Shown: positions 14,645-25,529 of the stretch, one piece after another
Layout: each line of letters begins with the position of its first letter
Numbering within the stretch: the stretch's first letter is position 1
Assembly (NCBI GenBank): GCA_964016885.1
Contig: OZ024741.1
Span: forward strand, 219,542,001 to 219,606,000
From: Eledone cirrhosa
Lineage: Eukaryota
DNA: 64,000 bases
Direction: 5' to 3'
Position numbers and translations under genes: made by a program
Notes under the pieces: generated by a model
Databases searched by the model: none
What the model was told of the DNA's origin: nothing
Seen by the model: only the letters and a program-made list of their open reading frames with translations

Positions 14645-14759
14645 GTATGTATATATATATATGTATGTATATATATATCTATGTATGTATATATATATAT
14701 GTATGTATATATATATATATGTATGTATATATATATCTGTATGTATATATATATGTATG

Positions 14760-14808
<49 letters not shown>

Positions 14809-14825
14809 GTATGTATATATATATG

Positions 14826-14857
<32 letters not shown>

Positions 14858-14907
14858 TGTATGTATATATATATATATGTGTATATATATATATGTATAT
14901 ATATATG

Positions 14908-14940
<33 letters not shown>

Positions 14941-14975
14941 GTATATATATATATGTATGTATATATATATGTATG

Positions 14976-15008
<33 letters not shown>

Positions 15009-15048
15009 ATATATATATATATATGTATGTATATATATATATGTGTAC

Positions 15049-15088
<40 letters not shown>

Positions 15089-15104
15089 ATATATATATAT
15101 ATAT
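14425..15104. repeat. (TA)n/(TATG)n microsatellite
   Basis: Direct reading. Confidence 0.95.
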
Positions 15105-15523
15105 AAATCACCGGGAGAGATGACCCCTTAGCCTTTGTCAAGGCAGAATTCGAGGAGAAGGAAAACTCTGATATAACACCTGCAACCCTGATGGTATCCA
15201 ATGATGTTGACTTGTTCTTCTTTTTGGTAAATATCATCTTGGTTAAGAGAGTGGGACTGGCTTTGTGCAGTGCCTTTGTTCACTATAAAAGCTTCACGGC
15301 ACAGGCATTGCCTTATATCTGGAGATCTCTCTGCACTTGTCGTCACATTATACCATGGGCCCAGCACTATGTGTCAATAATTGTCACAAGTGTAGTGTTT
15401 GTACCAGAGTTTTCAATACGCTGGCTGGACTAAAAAGTCACACTCGTTCAGCGCATCGGTAGGGGTTCTCCTACATGGATATAAAGTAGTTGGCCTTACT
15501 CGAAAACGAGTTGGCAGCCACCA
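15105..15523 (+). mobile_element. Non-autonomous RTE-derived element (5' UTR-like body plus RTE 3' tail); other copies at 22192-22800 (-) and 59620-59972 (-)
   Basis: Three highly similar copies in the window. Contains GGAGAAGGAAAACTCTGAT and ends GGCCTTACTCGAAAACGAGTTGGCAGCCACCAT(AT)n. Confidence 0.75.
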
Positions 15524-16099
15524 TATATATATATGTATGTATATATATATATATGTATGTATATATATATATATATATATGTATGTATATATATATATAT
15601 ATATATGCATATATATATATGTATATTTATATATATATATATATGTGTGTATGTGTATGTGGGTGTGTCTATGGGTTCACGCGAGTGTATGAGTGAGTGT
15701 GTTTTGTGAATGTGTCTGTTGATAGTTTAAGAGAAATTTGACGACAATAGTAAGATATGCACTCAATATTTTGAATTTGTCTACAGAATTCTCTAAACCT
15801 TGTCACTTAGTAAAGAATTTAGCTTTTAAGAATCTCCCTTTCCTTTAAATCTATCTACCATGACTGACCCCCACTGATTTTATAGACACCTGTTAGCTTA
15901 ATAAGGATTGGCATGCCATCCTGAACCTGTTTATAGAATTCTTTCTGCCTTTGTTACTCTAAAAATAAAAATAAACTATAGCTTTGTTGAATTAGCTTCT
16001 AATGAATTCTGTCAACCAATGACCTAAACCCATCCCACTCCCCACCCTCTCCTACCACTTGTAGAGACCTATATATACCATAATTATTTTTTGATACCC

Positions 16100-16150
16100 A
16101 GATTCCTGATGATTTCTGAAGAATGAAACAGTTCTAGTCCTGTAGAATCT
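16100..16150 (+). ncRNA. Type I hammerhead ribozyme motif
   Basis: Stem I AGATTC/GAATCT; core CTGATGA; stem II T-TTC-TGAA-GAA-T; GAAA; stem III ACAG-TTCTAGTC-CTGT; cleavage triplet GUA. Confidence 0.7.
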
Positions 16151-16288
16151 CATCTATATTAAAAACCTTTATACTCTGCTATGTATTGAGTACCTTACTT
16201 ACTGTGGTTACCTCCGATTCAACCCGGAATAACGTATATGCATATATATATATATATACATACATATATGCATGTATATATAAATATA

Positions 16289-16376
<88 letters not shown>

Positions 16377-16425
16377 TATGCATATATATATACATATATA
16401 TATAGATATAGATATATATATATAT

Positions 16426-16485
<60 letters not shown>

Positions 16486-16487
<2 letters not shown>

Positions 16488-16812
16488 AGGCACATGGCTT
16501 AGTGGTTAGAGCATTGGCCTTGCAATCGAAAGGTTGTGAGTTCAATTCTCAGACCGGGTGATGTGTTGTTTCCTTGAGCAAGACACTTTATTTCACATTG
16601 CTCCAGTTTACTCAGCTGTAGAAATGAGATAATAGGGACTGGGGTCCATATCATTCCACTGCAAAGTGCACCACAGCAAAAAAGCACCCAGCACTCACTG
16701 TAAATGAGGTTGGTGTTAGGAAGGGCATCCAGCTGTAGAAATCAAGCCAGCATCAGTTCCCGTCCCACCCTTGCAAGCAGGGAAAAATCGGATGTAAAAT
16801 GAAATGATGATG
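16486..16812 (+). mobile_element. tRNA-derived SINE family B (tRNA head, core, RTE-like tail); other copies ~24650-25005 (-), 49180-49522 (-), 57670-57970 (-), partial 42895-43160 (+) and 45870-46075 (+)
   Basis: A box TGGCTTAGTGG, B box GAGTTCAATTC, TCCTTGAGCAAGACACTT core, GGTGTTAGGAAGGGCATCCAGCTGTAGAAA and a (GAT)n tail. Confidence 0.85.
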
Positions 16813-17548
16813 ATATATATACATTCTTTTTTTATTTGAATGTGGCAAAGCCGGCCATTTAACGCTCGTATACAGGAAACTGACTACCCAGTCTGCTGAT
16901 ATGCAAATCTGGCTGATCAGTGGATCTGCTAATATGCAGATCTGACTGATCAGCCTGTCTGCTAATATGCAAATCAGGCCGATCCGTCACTGTATATTTT
17001 AGAAAATAACATATATATTCACTAGCTCTGACAGTTGGCTGGTGAACAGTGAGCTGTACTGATGAAGGGTAATACCCAGAAACATTAGTGTCTGCAGTTC
17101 TGTTTACATGCCAACACAAGATCAAGAATGAAGGGTTCATTCTATTGACAGGGCTTTGAAAATGAGGCATGTATGCATAAACGAATCAAATGTTATTATT
17201 AATATTTGAAAAACTCAGATTACATTTATTATATATATATATGTATGTAAAAGGTAAACAGAAATAACAACACAATTGGTACAGTATATGGAGGGTATAT
17301 ATTAGGGTTCGGACGCTAGTCCTTCATCAGAAGAAAGAATGATAAATAAAATAGATTGAGGGGACGGGTGGGATGGAATTGGAAAAAATGTCTTTAGATA
17401 AAAATAACAGGTCCATTCATGTTGACATCTCTTGCAAAACTGTGGTGCTGGCATCATCATCATCATCGTTTAACGTCCACTTTATATATAAACACATGCA
17501 TGCATGTGTGCACACCTTTGAATTTATGTGTGTTTGTGTGCATGTGTC

Positions 17549-18430
17549 TGTACAACTGTGGCTAAAATGACTCTCCATGGTGTAATTATTTTAGTTTCAA
17601 CACAGCCTCAGATCAAGTCACTTGCCAGACATGTACAACTGTGGCTAAAATGACTCTCCATGGTGTAATTATTTTAGTTTCAACACAGCCTCAGATCAAG
17701 TCACTTGCCAGACATGTACAACTGTGGCTAAAATTACTCTCAATGGTGTAATTATTTTAGTTTCAACACAATCTCAGATCAAGTCACTTGCCAGACATGT
17801 ACAACTGTGGCTAAAATGACTCTCCATGGTGTAATTATTTTAGTTTCAACACAGCCTCAGATTAAGTCACTTGCCAGACATGTACAACTGTTGCTAAAAT
17901 GACTCTCCATGGTGTAATTATTTTAGTTTCAACACAATCTCAGATCAAGTCACTTGCCAGACATGTACAACTGTGACTAAAATGACTCTTCCATGATGTA
18001 ATTATTTTAGTTTCAACACAGCCTCAGATCAAGTCACTTGCCAGACATGTACAACTGTGGCTAAAATGACTCTTCTATGATGTAATTGTTTTAGTTTCAA
18101 CACAGCCTCAGATCAAGTCACTTGCCAGACATGTACAACTGTGGCTAAAATGACTCTTCTATGATGTAATTGTTTTAGTTTCAACACAGCCTCAGATCAA
18201 GTCACTTGCCAGACATGAACAACTGTGACTAAAATGACTCTCCATGGTGTAATTATTTTAGTTACAACACAGCCTCAGATCAAGTCACTTGCCAGACATG
18301 TACAACTGTGGCTAAAATGACTCTTCTATGATGTAATTATTTTAGTTTCAACACAGCCTCAGATCAAGTCACTTGCCAGACATGTACAACTGTGGTTAAA
18401 AAGACTCTTTCATGATATAATTGCTTTAGT
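17549..18430 (+). repeat. 83-84-bp tandem satellite, about 10.5 copies
   Basis: Unit CATGTACAACTGTGGCTAAAATGACTCTCCATGGTGTAATTATTTTAGTTTCAACACAGCCTCAGATCAAGTCACTTGCCAGA, recurring at 17551, 17634, 17717 and onward. Confidence 0.97.
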
Positions 18431-18794
18431 TTTTAATAACTATATTCATTTAGAGTCCATTTGTGATTATATTTATACAATATTTTGGATTATTGTCTGA
18501 ATTCCAACTCCTTAACCTTTAGGATGCAGAATGTGTTTAATGAATTGCTTCCCTTGGCACTGTATTATGTATTAAGGGGAGATTACTCTACTGGCGACTT
18601 ATGTCACCGAGAGTGCCAAGAAGGTTAAAATTAATTTACCATTGTGTTCCATTGGGCCTTTTGTTTCTTGTCTTGTCTGTCTGCCTGTCATTCTTTCTTT
18701 TTTCACTTTTTCTTTCTTTTTCTTTAGTCTTCTCATTTTCATTCTTTTCTTTATTGTTTCTTTCTTTATTTATTTATTTCCTTCTTCATTGCAG

Positions 18795-18991
18795 TGCAGG
18801 ACATGCAACGAGGAAGACAAGAGCTGAGTGCAATGGCACTGGAGAATGCAACGATAGAGATGCAGAAACGACTAGAGATCATTGATCACATTCGTGTGCT
18901 GACGGCTGCACAAAAATATCGAAGCAACAAACTGTTTGACTTCACTGAGTCGTCGGGCAAGGGATATCTCAATGAGATGTCACTGGCTGAG
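18795..18991 (+). CDS. CFAP99: CFAP99-like internal exon A (phase 1 to 0)
   Basis: Pyrimidine tract, ttgcag|...GCTGAG|gtaatc. Encodes QDMQRGRQELSAMALENATIEMQKRLEIIDHIRVLTAAQKYRSNKLFDFTESSGKGYLNEMSLAE, resembling the recalled CFAP99 motif D(L/F)T...G.G.L.EMS.AELRERL. Confidence 0.8.
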
Positions 18992-19032
18992 GTAATCATT
19001 CTATTCTTAGTGGGGCCATAGTATATACATAC

Positions 19033-19095
<63 letters not shown>

Positions 19096-19145
19096 TATAA
19101 AAAAATAAACCAAAGAAGCCTTCAGTACATCAAAAGTCTTTATTA

Positions 19146-19183
19146 GCCAACAATGTTTTGTCCTATTAAGGACTCATCAGGGC
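19146..19183 (-). ncRNA. Decayed minimal hammerhead ribozyme (Penelope type)
   Basis: Minus strand: GCC CTGATGA GTCC-TTAATA-GGAC aAAA CATTG TT GGC, then AATAAA. G12 is changed to A, and the GTT triplet probably derives from GTC; both are CpG-type changes. Confidence 0.6.
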
Positions 19184-20033
19184 AAGTAAAGCTACAAGAA
19201 GCACTATCGGCCAATACAAGCCAAAAACTCAGAAGAATATGGAGTATACATCTATTAAAGCTTAGGAAAGATATTAAGGAAAAGTTGGCTAAGATTAATA
19301 GTGATCAGTTACAAACATAGATATGGACCAAATAGCAAGGAAGTGATTAACATGTTGAACCCACATTGCAAATATTATATAATGCAAAAATTTGAAACAC
19401 AAATGGTAATATAATGCGAGAATTACAGTACGATATAGAATATAATATAATATAATAGATGATGATAATAAAAAGCTTAATATATTTATATATATATATA
19501 TATATCAATACATATACACATTAGTACAAACACAAACTAACACTTAAGTATTTAAATATATATATATATATTGTTTACAGTATAATATAATAAATATAAA
19601 AATAAGAATAAAGATAAAAATAAAAATAAAATATAATATATAATTCCCTGTCAGTGTGCATAAACAATATAGAAACATTATAATAACATTATAATAACAA
19701 TATTATAATATATTGGCATCAAAAGATATACAAAATTACATCATACATATAATTCAAGGTTAACAAATAGTATAAAGTTTTACACAGGGTAAGAAAAAAT
19801 CATATAGAACTAAATAGTGTTGAAAAAATTGTGTTGAAAAAATTGTGTTGAAAAAATATCTATACCATTGTAACAAATACACGGAGGTCAAGTCATTATA
19901 CATTGGCGTAAATATTACCAAAATATCACAAAATATTACAAAATATATTTACGTGGTTGACATACAGACATATATTAATGAGATTACATGGTCAGACAAA
20001 CAACGCTGTTGATATATGTTATTTTATATGTAG

Positions 20034-20117
20034 CTGCAGGAGAGATTGACTGTGATGAAACGATGGGAACAGGAAGACCAGGAAAAAAAACGCTATGAGA
20101 TTTTATTGGCGAAACAG
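20034..20117 (+). CDS. CFAP99: CFAP99-like exon B (84 bp, phase 0 to 0)
   Basis: atgtag|CTGCAGGAG...AAACAG|gtaaac. LQERLTVMKRWEQEDQEKKRYEILLAKQ continues EMSLAE in frame. Confidence 0.85.
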
Positions 20118-20339
20118 GTAAACACTTTGAAGAAACTTGTGACTTGTGTCTATTGACTAACACTTTTGATACATCTATCCACAAATGGGAGTAACTTCTA
20201 CTAAGGTGCTACATAACACATACACATACTCTCACTATATCCCCAGGGACAAGCCAAGGTGACAGGACAGTTATGAGAATCACGTTATTGTCATGGAGTT
20301 TAACCTTTTCAGGGGGTGTAGCCATACTCACCACCACCA

Positions 20340-21915
20340 TCATCATCATCATCGTTTAACGTCTATCTAGCATGGGTGTAGATGGGAATTGTCCCACATG
20401 AAGCGAGATTGGTTGTCTCGCTCATATAGGACTGTCTGGTGGGTTTTCTACGGCTGGATGCCCTTCCTAACACCAACCAGATTTACAGTGTGGATTGGGA
20501 GGTTTTTACCGTGTTACCTACATGGCCACATTACATTGTGGACTGTGTTTTTTTGTTGTGACACCTACACAACCTCATTTATTTAGGACTGGATGTTGTG
20601 GCACCAACATAACTTTACAGAGAAAAGGGTGGTGTTGATGGGGGTGGGGGTAGGGTAGTTTGAAGGGAGTCTATTTTTGGTTAGGAGGTGCCTACTGACT
20701 GTAGGTTTTGCTTTGTACATAGGCAAGGCGGGCCTTCTGTAGTACTGCGTAGCACCAAAGATCTAGGTCCAGTGACATTGTCTTGGAGAGGTGTAAGTGT
20801 GTGAGGTCGGAATTTATCAAATCGTGCCAGGTTTTTCTGAGGCTGCCTACTCCGTAGCTTCCATCTATTTTGATCGTCCTGCACTTTTTTATACAGCTGT
20901 CATCTTTCATGCGCATCACGTGACCATACCAATGTAGTCTTCTCTCAAGTAAACAGCATCTGATCCCTCTTATTCTTAATTTTTCACTTAGTTCATTTAT
21001 GCTTTGCCGTTCACGTATATTACTATTACACATCCAACGGAGCATGCAAGCTTCGTTCCTCTCCAGTCTGCGCAGATCCTCTGCACACAATGCCCATGTC
21101 TCACTGCCATGTAACATTGTTGTTCGTATGCAAGCATCATACAGTCTGCCTTTCATTTTTAGAGAGAACCCTTTAGCGGCCAATAGTGGTATAAGCTTTC
21201 TGAACTTTTTCCATCCTGTTCTGACTCTAGCTACTGTACTTTCAGAGCACCCTCCACTACTGCTGATTCTGTCACCCAGGTAATGGAAGGTGTCCACTAT
21301 TTCTATAGAACCATCTGGGCAATGGAAGGAGCTAGTATTCTGTGGGCACTTGCTACTACTTTTTGCACCTGAGCACCGGCCACATATAAAATCTATGTTC
21401 TTAGTTAGTTTACCTGTGATCCCACTACATCTTTTATGAACCCATATTTTGCATTTGGGACATAAAATGGCGTTTCTGCCTACTCTTTTCCTACACACTG
21501 AGCATGGCCATTTCCAAGAGGGAACCAGTGCCCTGTTTTCCTTCCTACATACTAGAACTTTAGTCTTAGAGAAGTTAATTTTAAGGCCTTTTGATTCTAG
21601 GCCATGCTTCCAAGTTTGGAATTTCTTCTCTAGTGCAGCCATTGATTCAGTTATGAGCATTAGATTATCTGCGTATAGAAGTTCCCATAGGCAGCCGGTT
21701 TTGAACTCCTCTGTTATAGCCTGAAGGGCAATAATAAATAGGAGGAGGCTAAGGACAGAGCCCTGATGAACTCCGACTTTTACGCTAAATTCTTCACTAT
21801 ATTTGTTGTTAATTCTAACTTTGCTGACTATTTCTTTATACATGGTTTGTATATCTCTCACAAGCCATTCATCAACACCTAGTTTTCTAAGAGCCCACTA
21901 GATAATGGAGCGGAG
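20340..21915 (-). mobile_element. RTE-clade LINE 3' half with a PHD-like insertion in RT, long 3' UTR and (GAT)n tail
   Basis: ORF 20692-21861: GVHQGSVLS, LLYADN, WPCSVC...CPKCKIWVHKRC...CGRC, YLGD, RLHWYGHVMR. Confidence 0.9.
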
Positions 21916-22800
21916 CAGGTTAGTGAGACTAGTTAACCCATAGTTGGGGTGGAGTTCCTCCACCCTTTGACATCTCTTGTTTCTATGCTGCTGGGTTTCC
22001 CCATACCCTCCTTGCCAGATCAGGGTCTAGTAGGGGATTCGGTTTATTAGCCGACCAATCAACCATGAAACAGGTTATATTAGGCCTGACATAATACACA
22101 TACACACATACATACATACACACATAAACACATACATACACACATGTATACATACACACATACACACATACATACACACATACATACACACATGGTGGCT
22201 GCCAACTCGTTTCGAGTACGGCCACTACTTTATATTCATGTAGGAGAACCCCTACCGATGCGCTGAACGAGTATGACTTTTTAGTCCAGCCAGCGACTTG
22301 AAAACTCTGGTACAAACACTACACTTGTGACAATTATTGACACATAGTGCTGGGCCCATGGTACCATGTGACAACAAGTGCAGAGAGATCTCCAGATGTA
22401 AAGCAATGCCTGCGCCGTGAAGATTTTATAGTGAGCAAAGGTATTGCACAAAGCCAGTCCCATTCTCTTAACCAAGATGATATTTACCAAAAAGAAGAAC
22501 AAGTCAACATCATTGGATACCATCAGAGTTGCAGGTGTTATATCAGAGTTTTCCTTCTTCTAGAATTCTGCCTTGACAAAGGCTAAGGGGTCATCTCTCC
22601 CGGTGATTTTGGATGGCCATTGACTCTTAAGAGCTCCTTTGCCCTTTGACAGGTTTTGTTTTTAGTCCTGCAGGATGTCCAAAGTCACCCTCCTCACCAA
22701 GAAACCTTGGCGGGGTTGCCAGTTTAGTCGCCAACAACCCGACCATGAGACAGATTGTACTGGGATACATGTTACCAGTAGCAGCAACTGGTGACCTGAC
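21916..22800 (-). mobile_element. Two non-autonomous RTE-5'UTR-like segments (21916-22092 and 22192-22800) separated by a (CA/TACA)n tract
   Basis: 22192-22610 is the reverse complement of 15105-15523. Both segments start GTCAGG and share a CCTGTCAAAGGG/ATGTCAAAGGG-type block. Confidence 0.65.
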
Positions 22801-23129
22801 ATACACACATACAAACGTACATACACACATACATAATGTAAAACATTCCAAAAATGTTGCATCTAATAACTGCATATACACATGTACAGATACAAAGTTT
22901 ATGTACATGCACATATACAACTCAAAACATACACATCCACACATACAATAACATCCATATCTACACATGCATGCAGACATACATAATCTACCTAGTTGAT
23001 GTTGTGTAAATTCCAATGAGAGTCTTGTGTCTATGTTAGAAACCGACTCTCTCTCTATTGGTAAAACTTTGTGAAATTATAAAACCAGAAGAACATACAT
23101 ACATACATACATACATACATAGATATACA

Positions 23130-23490
23130 TCTAGGGCAGGTAAAATTCCCAAGATCCATGGACGAGTTCTCGCCAGCGGTCTCTATCCTTCATCATCACT
23201 ACTATGTCCTGCCTCTCCCAGAGACCAGTGTCTGTCCTTAAGGCATTAACATATGTTATCCTTGGTCTCCCTCATCCTGTGTGTCCATGTAGGGGTTGCC
23301 ACAGGAGCACTGAGTGCAGTGTCAACTCTGAATATCGGTAAGCATGTCCAGCTAACCTCAGTCTCCTCTGTGTCTCTTTCGAGCTGAGTTTTGGGAGGCT
23401 CCCGTACAGCTCTGAGTTCTTCATCCTCAATGTATACTGATTAATGTTCAGAGCCATCCCCAGCAATCTCATGTAGCACCCATCCACCAT
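23130..23490 (-). mobile_element. Old RTE/RTE-X 3' fragment
   Basis: DGCYMRLL..ALN...ELYG.LP...RRLRLAGH; (GTAT)n tail. Confidence 0.7.
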
Positions 23491-23594
23491 ATATACTCAC
23501 ATACATACACCTCCCTCTACATACAGACATGAGATTGTATAGTAAATAGTAAGAAGATAGTCATCATCAACCCATCAATTCCCGTTTCTTGTAG

Positions 23595-23674
23595 GCATCA
23601 CAAGAACTCGTTTCAGACACTTTGGATATTATATTGAAACACCGTAATGAGAAATCCTATGCAACGTCTCTCAG
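23595..23674 (+). CDS. CFAP99: CFAP99-like exon C (80 bp, phase 0 to 2)
   Basis: ttcttgtag|GCATCA...CTCAG|gttagt. Encodes ASQELVSDTLDIILKHRNEKSYATSL, and AG joins the A of exon D to give Arg. Confidence 0.85.
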
Positions 23675-23727
23675 GTTAGTCTCTCTCACTTTCTTTCTCT
23701 CTCTCTCCGCCTCTCTCTCTCTCCCTC

Positions 23728-23800
<73 letters not shown>

Positions 23801-23876
23801 TATATATAGAGTTATAAACTCAAACAGTCTTTTACAATTAAATAGCTCAAAGAAAGAGATATTTCTGAGCCGTGAA

Positions 23877-24581
23877 ATACAAATTAATATATGATAAACA
23901 CTAATACAAGTATATAAGTGTTTGTATTGCAAATGACCAAGTTAGCTAGATTGAAAAATAATAATTAAATTAATACAGTTTGCCTGTCTCGATTTAAAAT
24001 AATAAATCAATAAAAACAAACCCATATTGGCAATAGCCGTGATACCTGGACAAATTTAAATTTCAAAACTTAAATCTGTTTTGCAACAATAAGTGAAAAT
24101 TCCATTTCTGTGCTCAGCTGCAGGTATCCAGAAATTGGTATGTTTCACTTCAAAATACTTAGGAAGACTGAGAGAAATGTGTTGTTGAATGCACATGGTG
24201 TCCCAGCGCCTAGCCAGTCCTATTTCTGGCAACATGAGTATAGGACTGGCTAGGCGCTGGGACACCATGTGCGTTCAACAACACATTTCTCTCAGTCTTC
24301 CTAAGTATTTTGAAGTGAAACATACCAATTTCTGGATACCTGCAGCTGAGCACAGAAATGGAATTTTCACTTATTGTTGCAAAACAGATTTAAGTTTTGA
24401 AATTTAAATTTGTCCAGGTATCACGGCTATTGTCAATATGGGTTTGTTTTTATTGATTTATTATTTTAAATCGAGACAGGCAAACTGTATTAATTTAATT
24501 AGTATTTTTCAATCTAGCTAACTTGGTCATTTGCAATACAAACACTTATATACTTGTATTAGTGTTTATCATATATTAATT

Positions 24582-24586
<5 letters not shown>
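23877..24586. repeat. Near-perfect palindrome/foldback with 347-bp arms and a 16-nt loop
   Basis: 23877-24223 is the reverse complement of 24240-24586; only about 3 mismatches seen. Confidence 0.97.
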
Positions 24587-24652
<66 letters not shown>

Positions 24653-25422
24653 CATCATCATTATCATCATTAACATCATCATTTTACGTCCGCTTTTCCA
24701 TGCTTGCAAGGGTGGGACGGGAACTGAATCTGGCTTGATTTCTACAGCTGGATGCCCTTCCTAACACCAACCTCATTTACAGTGAGTGCTGGGTGCTTTT
24801 TTGCTGTGGCACCTCCACGACCACTTTGCAGTGGAATGATAGGGACCCCAGTCCCTATCATCTCATTTCTACAGCTGAGTAAACTGGAGCAATGTGAAAT
24901 AGTGTCTTGCTCAAGGAAACAACACATCACCCGGTCTGAGAATTGAACTCACAACCTTTCGATTGCAAGGCCAATGCTCTAACCACTAAGCCATGTGCCT
25001 CCACATATCATCATCATCATCATCAACGTTTAACGTCCGTGTTCCACGCTTGCATGGGTTTTGACGGGGGTATTCCCACTTGAGGCAAGAGTGATTGTCT
25101 TGCTCGCATAGGACTGTCTGGCAGGTTTTCTACAGTTGGATGCCCTTCCTAACACCAACCACATTTACAGTGTGGGTCTGGGCGGTTTTTACCGTGTTGC
25201 CTACACGGCCACATTACAGCGTGGACTGTGTGTTTTTTTGTCGTGACACCTACACGATCTCATTTGTTTCGGCCTGGATGGCGTGGCACCGACATAACTT
25301 TACATATATATATATATTGTTATATTCGAGGAGGATCATGTTATTCTGATATTGCCAGAAAAATATAGTAAAACACACTCACTGTTCCGTTTGGGTTGGT
25401 TTGCGCTTCACTATATCACTGC

Positions 25423-25460
<38 letters not shown>

Positions 25461-25490
25461 TTATCTCTATATATATATTATATATGTGTA

Positions 25491-25529
<39 letters not shown>

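Noticed and set aside
17549-18430. Regularly spaced repeats resembling a CRISPR array
   Set aside because: Units are contiguous with no unique spacers, there are no cas genes, and the context is eukaryotic.
22715-22800. Possible HDV-like ribozyme at the 5' end of the non-autonomous RTE element (CCAGT...GTCG..CGAC-TAA-ACTGG on -)
   Set aside because: P2/P4/J4-2-like parts are present, but only ~16 nt remain for P3-L3-P1', too short for the canonical fold; cannot be supported by eye.
23580-23680. Possible minus-strand hammerhead (CTGAGAGA...GAAAC)
   Set aside because: The core is incomplete, and the region is fully explained as CFAP99-like exon C.
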